From the sequence record DRR723986_1369: 32,560 bases of DNA, one strand, 5' to 3'. This document shows, piece after piece, positions 1-10,293 of the stretch. The notes below the pieces were generated by a model. That model searched no databases and was not told the DNA's origin. It was given only the letters and a program-made list of their open reading frames with translations. The number at the start of each line of letters is the position of its first letter. Position 1 is the stretch's first letter. The position numbers and the translations under genes are program-made.

Positions 1-82
1 AGTCCCGTGCGGAACAAGTAACCCATGCCGGGTTCAGCAAATAACCGCAGCAGCGGCCATTCAAGTTTAGCTCCCAACTCAC

Positions 83-1129
83 CTACAACGCCACATGCCC
101 AGTCTGCTGCGCAGGCTGCAGCGACACGTCCTTACTTGAAGATGCATTGCGTGAATTCGCGGTTTTCACTGTGTAAATTTTCAGCTGAACACCATGCTGC
201 TGCTCTGCCTCCCGCACCCGACCGATGAAATGGCGCGACACCACCTGCCCCTTGGACAACCACATGAACCCGTCTGGACCCTCGAAATCACGCGTCAATA
301 CCAAACCCTCGTACAAGTCCTCGCCATGCAAAATTTTCTCGTTGGCTTTTTCCGCAGCCTTCAGTTTCACGAGGGCCGTGGGCAACACCGCAATCACCTT
401 GGGATCGTAACGTTTGCCTGCCGCACCCACCAAAAATGTCTGGGCTTGAAATTCATCAAAAGCCTTGGATGCAAGCCAACCTTGTTGCAACTCATCGTAA
501 TCCTCGGCCACTGCAAGAATTCGCGCACCCAACGGAATACCCTCACCCTGCAACCCATCGGGAAAGCCTTGGCCATCGTAACGCTCATGGTGGTGTCGAA
601 TAATTTCAGACACATGTGACATTTCCGACATTCCGTGAAAAGCCGCTTGGGCCTTCATAGGGTGCTTCATCAAGGCCACTCGAGCGTCGCCCTTCAATTC
701 CACCACGGGTTTAAACAGCGTGTCGTCACTCAAACCCAGCTTGCCGATGTCATGCAACAGAGAGGCCACATAGATGTCCTGCAACGCCGATTCGCTGGCA
801 TGTAGTTCCTTGGCAATCAGGCGAGCCAATTCTGCAACCCGCAAGCCATGGGCAGCCAATTGCGGCGAACGCAACTCCATTAAATTGGAAAACGACTTCA
901 CTGCGGCCAGGTACTGCATGCGCATCTCACGCTGAATTTGCTCCAGCATCAATTGCATTTGGTGGGTTTCAGCACGCTGTGATTCCAGCTGCTGATTCAA
1001 ACTCGAGTTAACACCCTGCAAACTTTCAACTTCTTTGCTTAACTTGTCAGCATTGCCTTGAAACTCCGCCAACTGGCGCTCTAGTTCCTTAATCAACTGC
1101 TTGTCATCGGTGGCTTGTTCAACTGACAT
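83..1129 (-). CDS. HD-GYP domain protein (putative cyclic di-GMP phosphodiesterase) with N-terminal coiled coil
   Basis: LLHDIGK HD motif, HHHERYDGQGFP (GYP to GFP variant) and GARILAVA motif; first ~75 aa are heptad-like and Q/E/L-rich. Confidence 0.9.
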   Translation of the reverse strand: MSVEQATDDKQLIKELERQLAEFQGNADKLSKEVESLQGVNSSLNQQLESQRAETHQMQLMLEQIQREMRMQYLAAVKSFSNLMELRSPQLAAHGLRVAELARLIAKELHASESALQDIYVASLLHDIGKLGLSDDTLFKPVVELKGDARVALMKHPMKAQAAFHGMSEMSHVSEIIRHHHERYDGQGFPDGLQGEGIPLGARILAVAEDYDELQQGWLASKAFDEFQAQTFLVGAAGKRYDPKVIAVLPTALVKLKAAEKANEKILHGEDLYEGLVLTRDFEGPDGFMWLSKGQVVSRHFIGRVREAEQQHGVQLKIYTVKTANSRNASSSKDVSLQPAQQTGHVAL

Positions 1130-1172
1130 GGTGCGGTTCCCTTGCGAATGCGGCGCATTCTCCTCGAGTGGA

Positions 1173-1199
1173 ATAACGGCAGGCTTTTCAGAAACCTGA
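1173..1199 (-). promoter_or_regulatory. sigma28 (FliA)-type promoter upstream of the HD-GYP gene
   Basis: Minus strand reads TCAGGTTT-N11-GCCGTTAT versus consensus TAAAGTTT-N11-GCCGATAA; 44 nt upstream of the ATG. Confidence 0.6.
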
Positions 1200-1310
1200 A
1201 ACCCTTTACCCCTCTAAATAGGGGGGTAGTTTTACTGAATCTGAAATGATCGATTGTCAGTATTAATTGCTAGAACCAATCGAGTCACAAAGACCCCGGG
1301 AAGACGAGAC

Positions 1311-3506
1311 ATGAGACATGCCCTACTTGGCACCTTGGCGCTGTGTGCAGCCCTAGCCGCTTGCAGTTCCGATTCAGACACCACCGCTGGAAATACCGAT
1401 GGTCGTACGACACCGAATGAAGTCGAGACAGTGCCCACGGCATTCAATATTGCAAACCAGTGTGTCGCAATACAATCTTTGGCCAACAACAAATTTGTAG
1501 CGCTGAGCAGTGACGGCAGCTACAGCGTCACTGAGGCCACTGCGGTGAACGCAGCGCCTTTTTACCTCAAGCCCACGGCTTTGGGAAAATACATGATTTA
1601 CAACCGCGACGAAGCCATGATGCAAGCCGTGGGCAATTCGGCAGGTACGCCAGTGGGTAGCAATACCGCCTTCTCCGACGCAATTGAATGGTCTGTTCAA
1701 GAGGATGAAAAAGGGCGCGGTGGTTTTTCTCTGACCAATACTGGCAACACCATGAAACTGGCCCTGCTCGGATTCAGCAATGGTTTGGGCACCGTTGAAA
1801 GTGCAGGCAATAGCGAAGAAACCCTGTTTCAGTTTGTGAAAGCCACGGGCTGTGCCGAGTTTCCTGAAATTTCGACCAACACGGAAGGCCGCACCTTTGC
1901 GGGCGCTGGTTTGAATCGCGCCGTCAAGGGTTTTGCTGATGTGCACAACCACATCACTGCCACCACCTTTCTGGGCGGAGCACACCACGGCACTCCTCAC
2001 CACCGGTTTGGCGTAACGCAGGCGCTGGGTAGTTGCGAGGCCAACCATGGTCCGATGGGCCGGCTTGATCTGGTCGACAATCTGTTCAAGTTTTCGCCAC
2101 AGGCCACTCACGACACTCAGGGGTGGCCCACCTTCCGCAGCTGGCCAGCCGCCGACGCACTGACGCACGAGGGCCTTTATTACAAATGGCTGGAGCGTGC
2201 CTGGCAAGCCGGCTTGCGAATTTTCGTGACCAATCTGGTTGAAAACGAAACCCTGTGTAATCTGGTGAAGGTCAGTAAGGGCCGCCCCCTCGCCAATTGC
2301 AACGAAATGGAAAGCGCAGTTACCCAGATTGAGTATGTGAAGCAGCTTGAAAGCTACATTGATGCTCAGGAAGGCGGCCCCGGGAAAGGCTGGTTCCGAA
2401 TTGTGACCAGCCCGGCGGAAGCCCGCAGAGTGATTAACGAGGGCAAGCTGGCCGTGGTATTGGGCATTGAAATTTCACACCTGTTCAACTGCGGCATCAA
2501 GCTGGGTCAAAACCAGTGCGACGAGGCCGAAATCGACAAACAACTGGATCGACTTCACGCCTTGGGCGTTCGGCAAATGTTCCCGATCCACGAATTTGAC
2601 AACGCATTCGGTGGCAACGGGATTTTCGATGGTGCAGTGCTGAACGTAGGCAACTTCCTGGACACTGGTGCCTTCTGGCAAACCTACGATTGCCCCGGTG
2701 GCGACAACAATTACGCCGACTATATTTTGCGTCAGCCCGGCGCAGTGATGACGTCAGCGCCCGGTTTGGGCAACGACCCACTGACACAAGCGCTGATTGC
2801 CAACAACCCAGGTGTGGCCCCAATCTACCCCACGGGTGAAAACCAGCGCCAGTGTAATCGCCGCGGCCTGACCGAACTGGGTAAATATGCCTTCAAGCGG
2901 CTAATGGAGAAAGGCATCATCATCGAAGTGGACCATATGGAGTTGAGCATCAAAGGTGACTTGATCGAGATGGCTGATCGCCAACAGCCCAAGTACCCAC
3001 TGGTGTCCACCCACGGCGCACACGGTGGCATTACTCGGGAGCAGGGCCGGAAAATTCTGGCAGCTGGCGGCATTATTTATCCCTACCAGGGCAATGCACA
3101 AAGCTGGACTGAAGACCTGAAAGTCATCGCCCCGCTGAAAAGTCAACAATTTGATTTCGCGATGGGTTTTGGTGCTGACACCAACGGCTTGGGTGCCCAG
3201 GCAGGCCCGCGGGGTGCGGACCGCCCGCAAATCACCTATCCCTTCACCCTGTTCCAGGGACCCGATTGGGCCGGTGTATTCAACACGAATGTGAGCCCTG
3301 TGAAATTTGACAAACAAACCAGCGGCGAGCGAGTGTTTGATGCCAACACCGAGGGGCAGGCCCACTACGGGCTAAAAGCGGACTGGGTCGAAGAATTGCG
3401 CCTCGAGGGCGGCAACGAGGCCTTGAAGGCACTCTACAATTCAGCTGAGGTGTATATTCAAATGTGGGAAAGGACCACCGCGAAACGACCTCAAATTAAT
3501 CCATGA
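1311..3506 (+). CDS. Lipoprotein metallo-amidohydrolase (peptidase M19 / membrane dipeptidase-like; similar to sphingolipid ceramide N-deacylase) with a beta-rich N-terminal domain
   Basis: Start moved to ATG 1311 (MRHALLGTLALCAALAAC, lipobox LAAC); amidohydrolase motifs ADVHNH, LGIEISHLF, HEFDNAFGG, IEVDHM, VSTH, GFGADTNG. Confidence 0.75.
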   Translation: MRHALLGTLALCAALAACSSDSDTTAGNTDGRTTPNEVETVPTAFNIANQCVAIQSLANNKFVALSSDGSYSVTEATAVNAAPFYLKPTALGKYMIYNRDEAMMQAVGNSAGTPVGSNTAFSDAIEWSVQEDEKGRGGFSLTNTGNTMKLALLGFSNGLGTVESAGNSEETLFQFVKATGCAEFPEISTNTEGRTFAGAGLNRAVKGFADVHNHITATTFLGGAHHGTPHHRFGVTQALGSCEANHGPMGRLDLVDNLFKFSPQATHDTQGWPTFRSWPAADALTHEGLYYKWLERAWQAGLRIFVTNLVENETLCNLVKVSKGRPLANCNEMESAVTQIEYVKQLESYIDAQEGGPGKGWFRIVTSPAEARRVINEGKLAVVLGIEISHLFNCGIKLGQNQCDEAEIDKQLDRLHALGVRQMFPIHEFDNAFGGNGIFDGAVLNVGNFLDTGAFWQTYDCPGGDNNYADYILRQPGAVMTSAPGLGNDPLTQALIANNPGVAPIYPTGENQRQCNRRGLTELGKYAFKRLMEKGIIIEVDHMELSIKGDLIEMADRQQPKYPLVSTHGAHGGITREQGRKILAAGGIIYPYQGNAQSWTEDLKVIAPLKSQQFDFAMGFGADTNGLGAQAGPRGADRPQITYPFTLFQGPDWAGVFNTNVSPVKFDKQTSGERVFDANTEGQAHYGLKADWVEELRLEGGNEALKALYNSAEVYIQMWERTTAKRPQINP

Positions 3507-3889
3507 ACACACGCGCACTTGTTTACCTCGGCCTGGCCAGCGCCACGCTGGCCGGGGCTTATCTTTACGTTCAGTCATTGCCCACTGAAACTGTCACTGC
3601 CCCAACGACGCAAGGCGATGCCGCACAGGCGCTGGAGTCCTTGTCCATCATCGACGGCAGCCTGACCACGGGTTCCTACCGCGCAACCGTTCGCCAAGGG
3701 CAGCGTATTCAGTTTTTGGTTCACAGCAATCAAACAGATTCACTGATTGTTGAAGGGCTGGATGCGCGCGTACCACTTCCAGGCAATCAAACCACATTGG
3801 TTAGTATTGCAGCCGATACGCCGGGCACCCATGCCATTGAACTTGATCTTTCCGGTACCACCATCGGTAGCATCGAAGTCACGCCATGA
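3503..3889 (+). CDS. Small membrane-anchored or exported cupredoxin-fold-like protein
   Basis: ATGA overlap with the upstream gene; N-terminal hydrophobic segment; pattern V.QG.RI.F.V.S..TD.L.V.G.D...LPG....V...ADTPG...IEL....G.IEV.P resembles EfeO-type cupredoxin-like domains. Confidence 0.6.
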   Translation: MNTRALVYLGLASATLAGAYLYVQSLPTETVTAPTTQGDAAQALESLSIIDGSLTTGSYRATVRQGQRIQFLVHSNQTDSLIVEGLDARVPLPGNQTTLVSIAADTPGTHAIELDLSGTTIGSIEVTP

Positions 3890-4623
3890 CGCTGGCGCTG
3901 GTGTTGCTGCTGAGCCTTGCGGCATTCATTACCTCCAGCATCACCGCCGCCACCGGAATCGGTGGTGGAGTTGTGTTGCTGGCATTGATGGCTCAACTGG
4001 TACCGCCAGCCATTCTGATTCCCCTGCACGGTGCAGCCCAACTGATGTCCAATACCAACCGTGTGTTGGTGCAACGCAAATTCATCAATTGGGGTTACAT
4101 CAAACCCTTTCTGCTCGGCTCCGTTGTGGGTGGCGCGTTGATTACGCCGCTGGCGCTTTACATGCCCGTGCCCGTAGGGCAAGTATTGCTGGGCCTGTTC
4201 ATCATTCTGGCCACCTGGAAAAGTGCGTGGTTGCGCTTGGCCAACTGGCCACCCGCAGCTTCGGGTGGAATTACCACCGGGCTTAGCCTGGTGCTGGGTG
4301 CCACCGGCCCGTTGGTGATGTCAGTGTTACCCAAGTCTGCATGGGAAAGGCAAGTGGTGGTGGGTACGCATGGCATGGCCATGGTGATTCAACACGGCAT
4401 TAAAGTCATCGCTTTTTCAACGCTCGATGTAAGTTTGATGGAATACTGGCCCCTGCTGTTGGGCATTGGCGTCGCAACACTGGCTGGCAACCTCATGGGG
4501 GCCAGGCTGCTGGCACGTGTGCCAGAAGACAAATTCACGATCCTGTTGAATTGGCTGCTGACTGCACTGGCCTTGCGATTGGTGTATCAGGGCCTCAGTA
4601 CGATTCTTTCCCCGGGAACCTAA
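3886..4623 (+). CDS. Sulfite exporter TauE/SafE family membrane protein
   Basis: About 8 hydrophobic segments; TGIGGGVV and LGATGPL motifs typical of TauE/SafE; ATGA overlap with the upstream gene. Confidence 0.85.
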   Translation: MTLALVLLLSLAAFITSSITAATGIGGGVVLLALMAQLVPPAILIPLHGAAQLMSNTNRVLVQRKFINWGYIKPFLLGSVVGGALITPLALYMPVPVGQVLLGLFIILATWKSAWLRLANWPPAASGGITTGLSLVLGATGPLVMSVLPKSAWERQVVVGTHGMAMVIQHGIKVIAFSTLDVSLMEYWPLLLGIGVATLAGNLMGARLLARVPEDKFTILLNWLLTALALRLVYQGLSTILSPGT

Positions 4624-4718
4624 CCATTTCGGGTTCCCATTCAGCAGGGATATCAAGCGATCAATTGTGTTTCACACTCAAGGCTGCACACAACTCACAC
4701 GCCTCTGAGGTTGCTTCC

Positions 4719-6674
4719 ATGGTATTCAAACGCACGCTCGATTCGCTGACTCTGCCTCAGAAATGCGCCATCATCGCGCTCCCACTTTTGCTGGCATTCG
4801 GCTTTCTGTTTCAACAAATGTATTCGCAAATCAATACGCTCATCAGTTCATCGGAGAACGAGCTTCGGGGTGCGGTATTTCTGGAAAAAATCAATCCATT
4901 GATTCAGAGGGCACTCATCGATCGCGCTCAACAACAGACGCAAGCGCTTGGTGAACTCAGCTCGGCCATCAAGGCATTGAAAGCAGAATTGCCAGAGAAC
5001 TGGCCCATCACTGCCAGCAACCTGGAGCGAATGGTCGAGCTGTTGCCACAGGCACTGAATAACAATTCCACCGAGGCGCAGTCTGAGGAACTGGGCAATC
5101 AAACCGTGACCCTGGTTCGTCAATTGGCCGACGAAAGCGAACTGACACTGGACCCCTTCCTGCCCAGCTACTACATGATGAGCCCCATGGCCTTTCAGCT
5201 GCCGCGCGTAATTGAATACCTTTCCGAACTGGAGGGCCGCCTTCGCAAGCCCGACAGCGATGCCGCAGCCATCTTGAGTTTCGTGCGATCCCGGCTTGGC
5301 ACCCTTGGCCGGGCGATGGATGAAATTCGTGAGGCTACCGAGAAATCAGCCGCGGCTGGCGGAGCAATCACCGCGGACACGCGTGCACAAATGGATGCAA
5401 TTGACCAGCGGCTTGATCGCCTCTCGGCCTGGGTGAAAGAGCAATCGGCCAAAGACCTGAGTTACGACATCATCAGCGGCCGCGACGACATGGTCAACCA
5501 GCTCAGGGAAGCGGCCAACCTCGGATTCCAGCTTAGTCAAAGCCTGAACAAAACCTTGCAGGCAGACCTGACCGAGCGTATAGCCGGCATGCAGGGCATG
5601 CTGATTCAAGCCGGCGCTGGCTCATTGGCAGTGCTATTGGCCGCATTTGCTTTGGGTTATGTGGTGTTCAAAGACACCAACACCGAAATTGCCCAAATTT
5701 TGGCGCATGCAAAAATTATTGGCATGGGTGACCTGTCCAAACCGATTGAAAGCCATGGCAGCAATGAGATCAGTAAAATTCGCGCTGCACTCGAAAACAT
5801 CCGTCAAAAACAGACAGGACTGGTGGGAGAGGTCAAGGACGCCTCCACCCGAATGGCAGAAACCATCAACACTTTGGTAACCGCCGCGACCCAAGTCAAA
5901 AGCAGCGCACAGGAGCAAACCGATTCAGCCTCGGCCGTGGCCGCTTCGGTCGAAGAACTCACGGTGTCAATCAGCCAGGTACACACCCATGCAAACCAGG
6001 CCTTGGGGCTGTCCAATCAGGCAGGGCAATCATCAATCAGTGGGCGAGAAAGTGTCAGGCAAGCCCGCCAGGCCATGGAACAAATTGGTGCAGCCTCGGG
6101 CAACCTTGCGCAAAGCATCAACAACCTGGGCAATCAGTCTGACAACATTTCCAGCATCATCCAGGTGATTCACGCCATCGCAGACCAAACCAACCTGTTG
6201 GCACTCAATGCAGCGATAGAGGCCGCGAGGGCCGGTGAACAAGGACGCGGATTTGCAGTTGTGGCCGATGAAGTGCGAAAGCTGGCTGAAAAAACCGCTG
6301 AATCCACGAAAAGCATTTCGTCTTTGATTTCAGACATTCAAAATGAAACCCGATCTGCAGTGGAGCAAGTCAATGGCTGGACTGACATGATCCACTCAGG
6401 TCAGCAATCGTCGCTGGGCGCCGACCAGCAAATGGAGGCCATCAACCACCACACAGGCGATGCAGAACGTGCCGTGACTGAAATTACGGAGGCCCTGAAA
6501 GAGCAAAGTTCGGCATCCACGCTGATTGCCCAGCAGGTGGAACGGATAGCACGTATGACAGAAGAAAGCCAAGGCGTGGCCCATGAAGTGAACCAAGTGA
6601 TCACTGAACTGCAAAAACTCTCGAATCAAATGGACACCGTCATGGGCAAGTTCAAACTGGCGCAACAAGCCTAG
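4719..6674 (+). CDS. Methyl-accepting chemotaxis protein (TM, periplasmic domain, TM, HAMP, signalling domain)
   Basis: [40 protein letters not shown] hairpin tip; HAMP GDLSKPI...EI; start moved to ATG 4719 after GAGG. Confidence 0.95.
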   Translation: MVFKRTLDSLTLPQKCAIIALPLLLAFGFLFQQMYSQINTLISSSENELRGAVFLEKINPLIQRALIDRAQQQTQALGELSSAIKALKAELPENWPITASNLERMVELLPQALNNNSTEAQSEELGNQTVTLVRQLADESELTLDPFLPSYYMMSPMAFQLPRVIEYLSELEGRLRKPDSDAAAILSFVRSRLGTLGRAMDEIREATEKSAAAGGAITADTRAQMDAIDQRLDRLSAWVKEQSAKDLSYDIISGRDDMVNQLREAANLGFQLSQSLNKTLQADLTERIAGMQGMLIQAGAGSLAVLLAAFALGYVVFKDTNTEIAQILAHAKIIGMGDLSKPIESHGSNEISKIRAALENIRQKQTGLVGEVKDASTRMAETINTLVTAATQVKSSAQEQTDSASAVAASVEELTVSISQVHTHANQALGLSNQAGQSSISGRESVRQARQAMEQIGAASGNLAQSINNLGNQSDNISSIIQVIHAIADQTNLLALNAAIEAARAGEQGRGFAVVADEVRKLAEKTAESTKSISSLISDIQNETRSAVEQVNGWTDMIHSGQQSSLGADQQMEAINHHTGDAERAVTEITEALKEQSSASTLIAQQVERIARMTEESQGVAHEVNQVITELQKLSNQMDTVMGKFKLAQQA

Positions 6675-6677
6675 GTT

Positions 6678-7046
6678 TCAGATCCGCTCGATCCTGACCT
6701 TTTCCTGAAACAGGATCGAGCTTAAAAAAGTAGCGAACAGGGAATACAACAAAGCGGCCAACACAGCCCACCAAAAACCGTTGACCTGAAAACCTTCCAG
6801 AATGGAACCGACCCAGTAGAACATCAAGCCGTTCAAAATGAAGTAAAACAGGCCCAGCGTAAGCACGGTCAACGGCAGGGTCAGAATCAGCAGAACCGGC
6901 TTCACAATGGTATTCACCAAACCCAGAATCAACGCCGCCCACAACGCGGCCCAGAACCCCTCCACAACCACACCTGGCAGCAAGTAGGCCACACCCATCA
7001 GTGCCACTGCGTGTAAAATCCAGCTCAGCAAGAGTTTCAAATTCAT
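6678..7046 (-). CDS. Four-TM membrane protein, 'phage holin family' superfamily IV (YvlD/DUF360)
   Basis: LGLVNTIVKPVLLILTLPLTVLTLGLF and GF.V.GFWWA motifs; start moved to ATG 7046 with GGAGGG RBS. Confidence 0.85.
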   Translation of the reverse strand: MNLKLLLSWILHAVALMGVAYLLPGVVVEGFWAALWAALILGLVNTIVKPVLLILTLPLTVLTLGLFYFILNGLMFYWVGSILEGFQVNGFWWAVLAALLYSLFATFLSSILFQEKVRIERI

Positions 7047-7172
7047 TCCCTCCAAGTTCGGAAAACAAGTGATGTACAATCAAAAGGCCTGGTTGCCAAG
7101 CTATCACATTTCGATCAAACCGGTTCATTCGCAACATTAAGCGACTACATTACGTCATAACGAGAATTTCAG

Positions 7173-7991
7173 ATGGATGTCACTCAACGCCTTGTCTCCC
7201 GCAGTTGCCCCTTCTGCCAAAACAGCGCAGAAGACGCACAGGTACTCAGCTATGGCAACAGCGAATGGCCCATGATCGAATGCAACAAATGCCATTTTGT
7301 GTATTTGAAACGAGCGCCGGTTTACGAGCGTCTTAGCGAAGAATTTGCCTGGGAAAAAACCTCGGAAACCGAACGCCAGATACGCGAGGAACGCGAGCCT
7401 GTCAAGCAAGGCCTAAGCCGCGCCTTCAAACATTTTCGGCAAAAGGTATTGAAGCGCAACAAATTGCCTGAGCTCATCGAGAAATACATTCCCGGTGGCC
7501 GCGTGCTGGACATTGGCTGTGCAGCTGGCGGCTTGCTGGCTACCCTGCCCGCCAAATACCAACCCTATGGCATTGAGGTATCCAAAGCTCTCGCCCAAGC
7601 GGCCAGTGAAGTGGTCGAACCCCGAGGCGGCAGCATCATGCACGACAATGCCTTGAACGGCATACAAAAGCTGCCCGAAAACCACTTTGCCGGCGTGCTG
7701 ATGAGCGCCTTTCTGGAACACGAAGTGGAACCCAACGGTCTGCTACAGGGTGTGGCCAAGGTCCTTCAGCCCGGCGGTGTGGTCATTATCAAGGTTCCAA
7801 ACTATGGTTCCTGGAACCGGAAAATTCGTGCCGAGAAATGGTGTGGTTTCCGACTGCCCGACCACGTGAATTACTTCACACCCGAAAACCTGGAAGCCCT
7901 GATTGTTCGTCAAGGCATGAAAGTGGTGCAGTTTGGATTGGCAGACAGACAGCCCACCAGTGACAACATGTGGATTGTGGCCGCCAAATAA
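7173..7991 (+). CDS. Class I SAM-dependent methyltransferase with N-terminal CxxC..CxxC zinc ribbon
   Basis: VLDIGCAAG motif I, FLEH, LQPGG, KVPN and PDHVNYF; CPFC and CNKC cysteine pairs. Confidence 0.9.
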   Translation: MDVTQRLVSRSCPFCQNSAEDAQVLSYGNSEWPMIECNKCHFVYLKRAPVYERLSEEFAWEKTSETERQIREEREPVKQGLSRAFKHFRQKVLKRNKLPELIEKYIPGGRVLDIGCAAGGLLATLPAKYQPYGIEVSKALAQAASEVVEPRGGSIMHDNALNGIQKLPENHFAGVLMSAFLEHEVEPNGLLQGVAKVLQPGGVVIIKVPNYGSWNRKIRAEKWCGFRLPDHVNYFTPENLEALIVRQGMKVVQFGLADRQPTSDNMWIVAAK

Positions 7992-8006
7992 GCTGGCTCA
8001 ATGCGC

Positions 8007-10280
8007 TCAAACGCTCACTGGCCTAACCAACTTGTTGAGCACATACATCAGGTCCTCGGGCTGAAGCGGTTTGTGCAGTACTGCGTTCATCCCGGCGTCC
8101 AGTGCCCGTCTCTCGTCCTCCGGCCCGACCTCACCAGTCAAACCAATCACGGGCAGTTCTGCATTGAATGGCTGTTTGCGCAGCTCACGGGTGGCCTCAA
8201 GTCCATCCATCAACGGCATCTGCACATCCATCACCACCGCATCAAAGCCATGGCCGTATTGCAGCAGGAATGACAAGGCCTCCAGCCCATTGTTGGCCTT
8301 GGTAATATTGGCCTGCTTGCGCACCAAAATCCCTTCCAGTACCTTCAAGTTCAAATCGCTGTCATCCACGATCAACAAGTTCATCTTGCCGCGCGCTGCA
8401 GGCGCAGAATTCGATCGAATGTTCAAGTTCGGTTTGGCATTCTTAAAAGCATTTTGTAGTTGCAGCGGCGTCAAGGGCTTCACATAGATCGCACTGAATA
8501 TTTCGCTGATGCCCTTGTCCAGCAAACGCTTGGTGTCATCGCTACCCAGCAACACCGCACACGGAATACCCACCAAACCCATTGCTTTGACAAAATCAAT
8601 CCAGGCGAGGCGATCGATTTGCCGCTTGGGAAAGTCCAGCAAAACGCCTGCGACAGTTGTTTTGTCAGCGATCAATTGGCTTGCCTCGTCGAGGTTGGCC
8701 ACGGTAATCAACTTGCGCCCAACCAGCTCACAGGCATGCAGCAGCGCCTGGGTCTGTAGCTCACTGTCCGACACCAAGAGCACGGTGTCACCCATCTCGG
8801 TCGATGAACGCACTGCACCCTGAGGCACTGCGAATTCCAGTTCCGCCCAAAAGGTGCTGCCATGCCCCAGCTCACTGAAGAATCCCAATTTGCCGTTCAT
8901 CAATTCGACCAGCTTTTTAACCAGGCTCAGTCCGAGGCCGGAACCGCCAAACTCCCTGGCAACCGAGGTATCCGCTTGGTGAAACTGCCGGAACAGATTA
9001 GCCTGACCTTGCGGCGAAATACCCACGCCAGTGTCCCGCACCTCTACGCGCAATCGGCAAACACCCCCCTGATTGGAAAGCACCTGCAACTGCAAATGCA
9101 CATGCCCCGCCTGCGTAAACTTGATTGCGTTGCCAACCAGGTTGACCACAATCTGGCGAAAGCGCAATTCGTCGCCAATCAACTCGCTCGGCATGTCGCC
9201 AGGGGGATCAATAATCAACTCGATTGGCTTGTTCGCCGCAGCACCCGTCATGATTCCTGACACCTTGTCGATGAACTCCAGTGTCGAGAACGGTTTGGAT
9301 TCCAGCTCCATGCTACCGGCTTCAATTTTGGAGATATCAAGCACATCACTGACCAGATCAATCAAATTGCGCGATGTTTTTTCCAGACTTTCCAGCAACA
9401 ATTTCTGATTGCTGGACACCGAGGTGTCCTTTAGCAAATAGGTGAGACCAACAATCCCGTTCAAGGGCGTGCGGATCTCATGGCTCATGTTTGACAGAAA
9501 CTCTGTTTTGGCCTGGCTGGCCATTTCTACGCGTGTATTGGCCTCTCGAAGGCGCTTGTTTTTGTGGGCCAGGTTGTGGGCCATCTGGTTGACGGCTTTG
9601 GACACGTCACCCAATTCATCGTTGGTGTTGATCTCGCACACCGCATCTTCATTGCCATTTCGAATTTCATCCGCTGTGCGCTTTAACTTGGCCAATGGGT
9701 TCAACACCCCCGTGCGCATCAACACCACCAACAAGGCAATCACCACCACAAAACTACCCAAGCCCACCGATTCCAGGACCGTGAGTCCTTTCAGGTTTCT
9801 GGCTTGTGCTTCATTCACCTGTGTGGACCACTGATAACCCAACTCTGAAATGACCTGGGTTTCTGCAATCAGGCGTTCGACAATCAAGCTTTGGCGGCGC
9901 TCCAGAAAAGCAGCGTTGTTGTTGCCTGGCACTGCGTTGTTATTCAATTCATTGAAAATTGGTTTCAGTTCAGCCAAGCTAGCCTGAATGTCCGACAACT
10001 CTTGGGGAGCCACAGAGGGATGAACTGTGGTCTTGATCAGGCGTTCAAGCTCTTCTTGGGTACGTAACCAGGCGTCAGCCACTGAAGGCGACTTGAACAA
10101 CACATATTCCTGAGTCAGCACCAACAGGCTGGAAGACAAACGAGTGATGTTTTGAGCTTTTTGCGACTGCTCCAAGCCCTTGAATTGCTCACTGAGAATG
10201 AACAGATTGCCCAACACCAACACCACCGCGCAAATCACGGTACTGAGAATGGCCAGGTTGATTTTGGTAGCAACGCGCAC
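8007..10280 (-). CDS. Hybrid sensor histidine kinase (2 TM, HAMP, HisKA, HATPase, degenerate REC, REC)
   Basis: H-box FLSNMSHEIRTPLNG, N-box NLVGNAIKFT, DTGVG, GSGLGLS; C-terminal receiver LIVDD...MDVQMP...KP. Confidence 0.95.
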   Translation of the reverse strand: MRVATKINLAILSTVICAVVLVLGNLFILSEQFKGLEQSQKAQNITRLSSSLLVLTQEYVLFKSPSVADAWLRTQEELERLIKTTVHPSVAPQELSDIQASLAELKPIFNELNNNAVPGNNNAAFLERRQSLIVERLIAETQVISELGYQWSTQVNEAQARNLKGLTVLESVGLGSFVVVIALLVVLMRTGVLNPLAKLKRTADEIRNGNEDAVCEINTNDELGDVSKAVNQMAHNLAHKNKRLREANTRVEMASQAKTEFLSNMSHEIRTPLNGIVGLTYLLKDTSVSSNQKLLLESLEKTSRNLIDLVSDVLDISKIEAGSMELESKPFSTLEFIDKVSGIMTGAAANKPIELIIDPPGDMPSELIGDELRFRQIVVNLVGNAIKFTQAGHVHLQLQVLSNQGGVCRLRVEVRDTGVGISPQGQANLFRQFHQADTSVAREFGGSGLGLSLVKKLVELMNGKLGFFSELGHGSTFWAELEFAVPQGAVRSSTEMGDTVLLVSDSELQTQALLHACELVGRKLITVANLDEASQLIADKTTVAGVLLDFPKRQIDRLAWIDFVKAMGLVGIPCAVLLGSDDTKRLLDKGISEIFSAIYVKPLTPLQLQNAFKNAKPNLNIRSNSAPAARGKMNLLIVDDSDLNLKVLEGILVRKQANITKANNGLEALSFLLQYGHGFDAVVMDVQMPLMDGLEATRELRKQPFNAELPVIGLTGEVGPEDERRALDAGMNAVLHKPLQPEDLMYVLNKLVRPVSV

Positions 10281-10293
10281 TAAATACTTCCCG

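Noticed and set aside
1..82. Possible 5' end of a minus-strand gene running off the left edge
   Set aside because: Two frames are open over fewer than 30 codons with no recognisable motif, so neither can be chosen
6678..7046. 'Phage holin' as evidence of a prophage
   Set aside because: This family is common in bacterial chromosomes, and there is no endolysin, integrase or structural gene nearby
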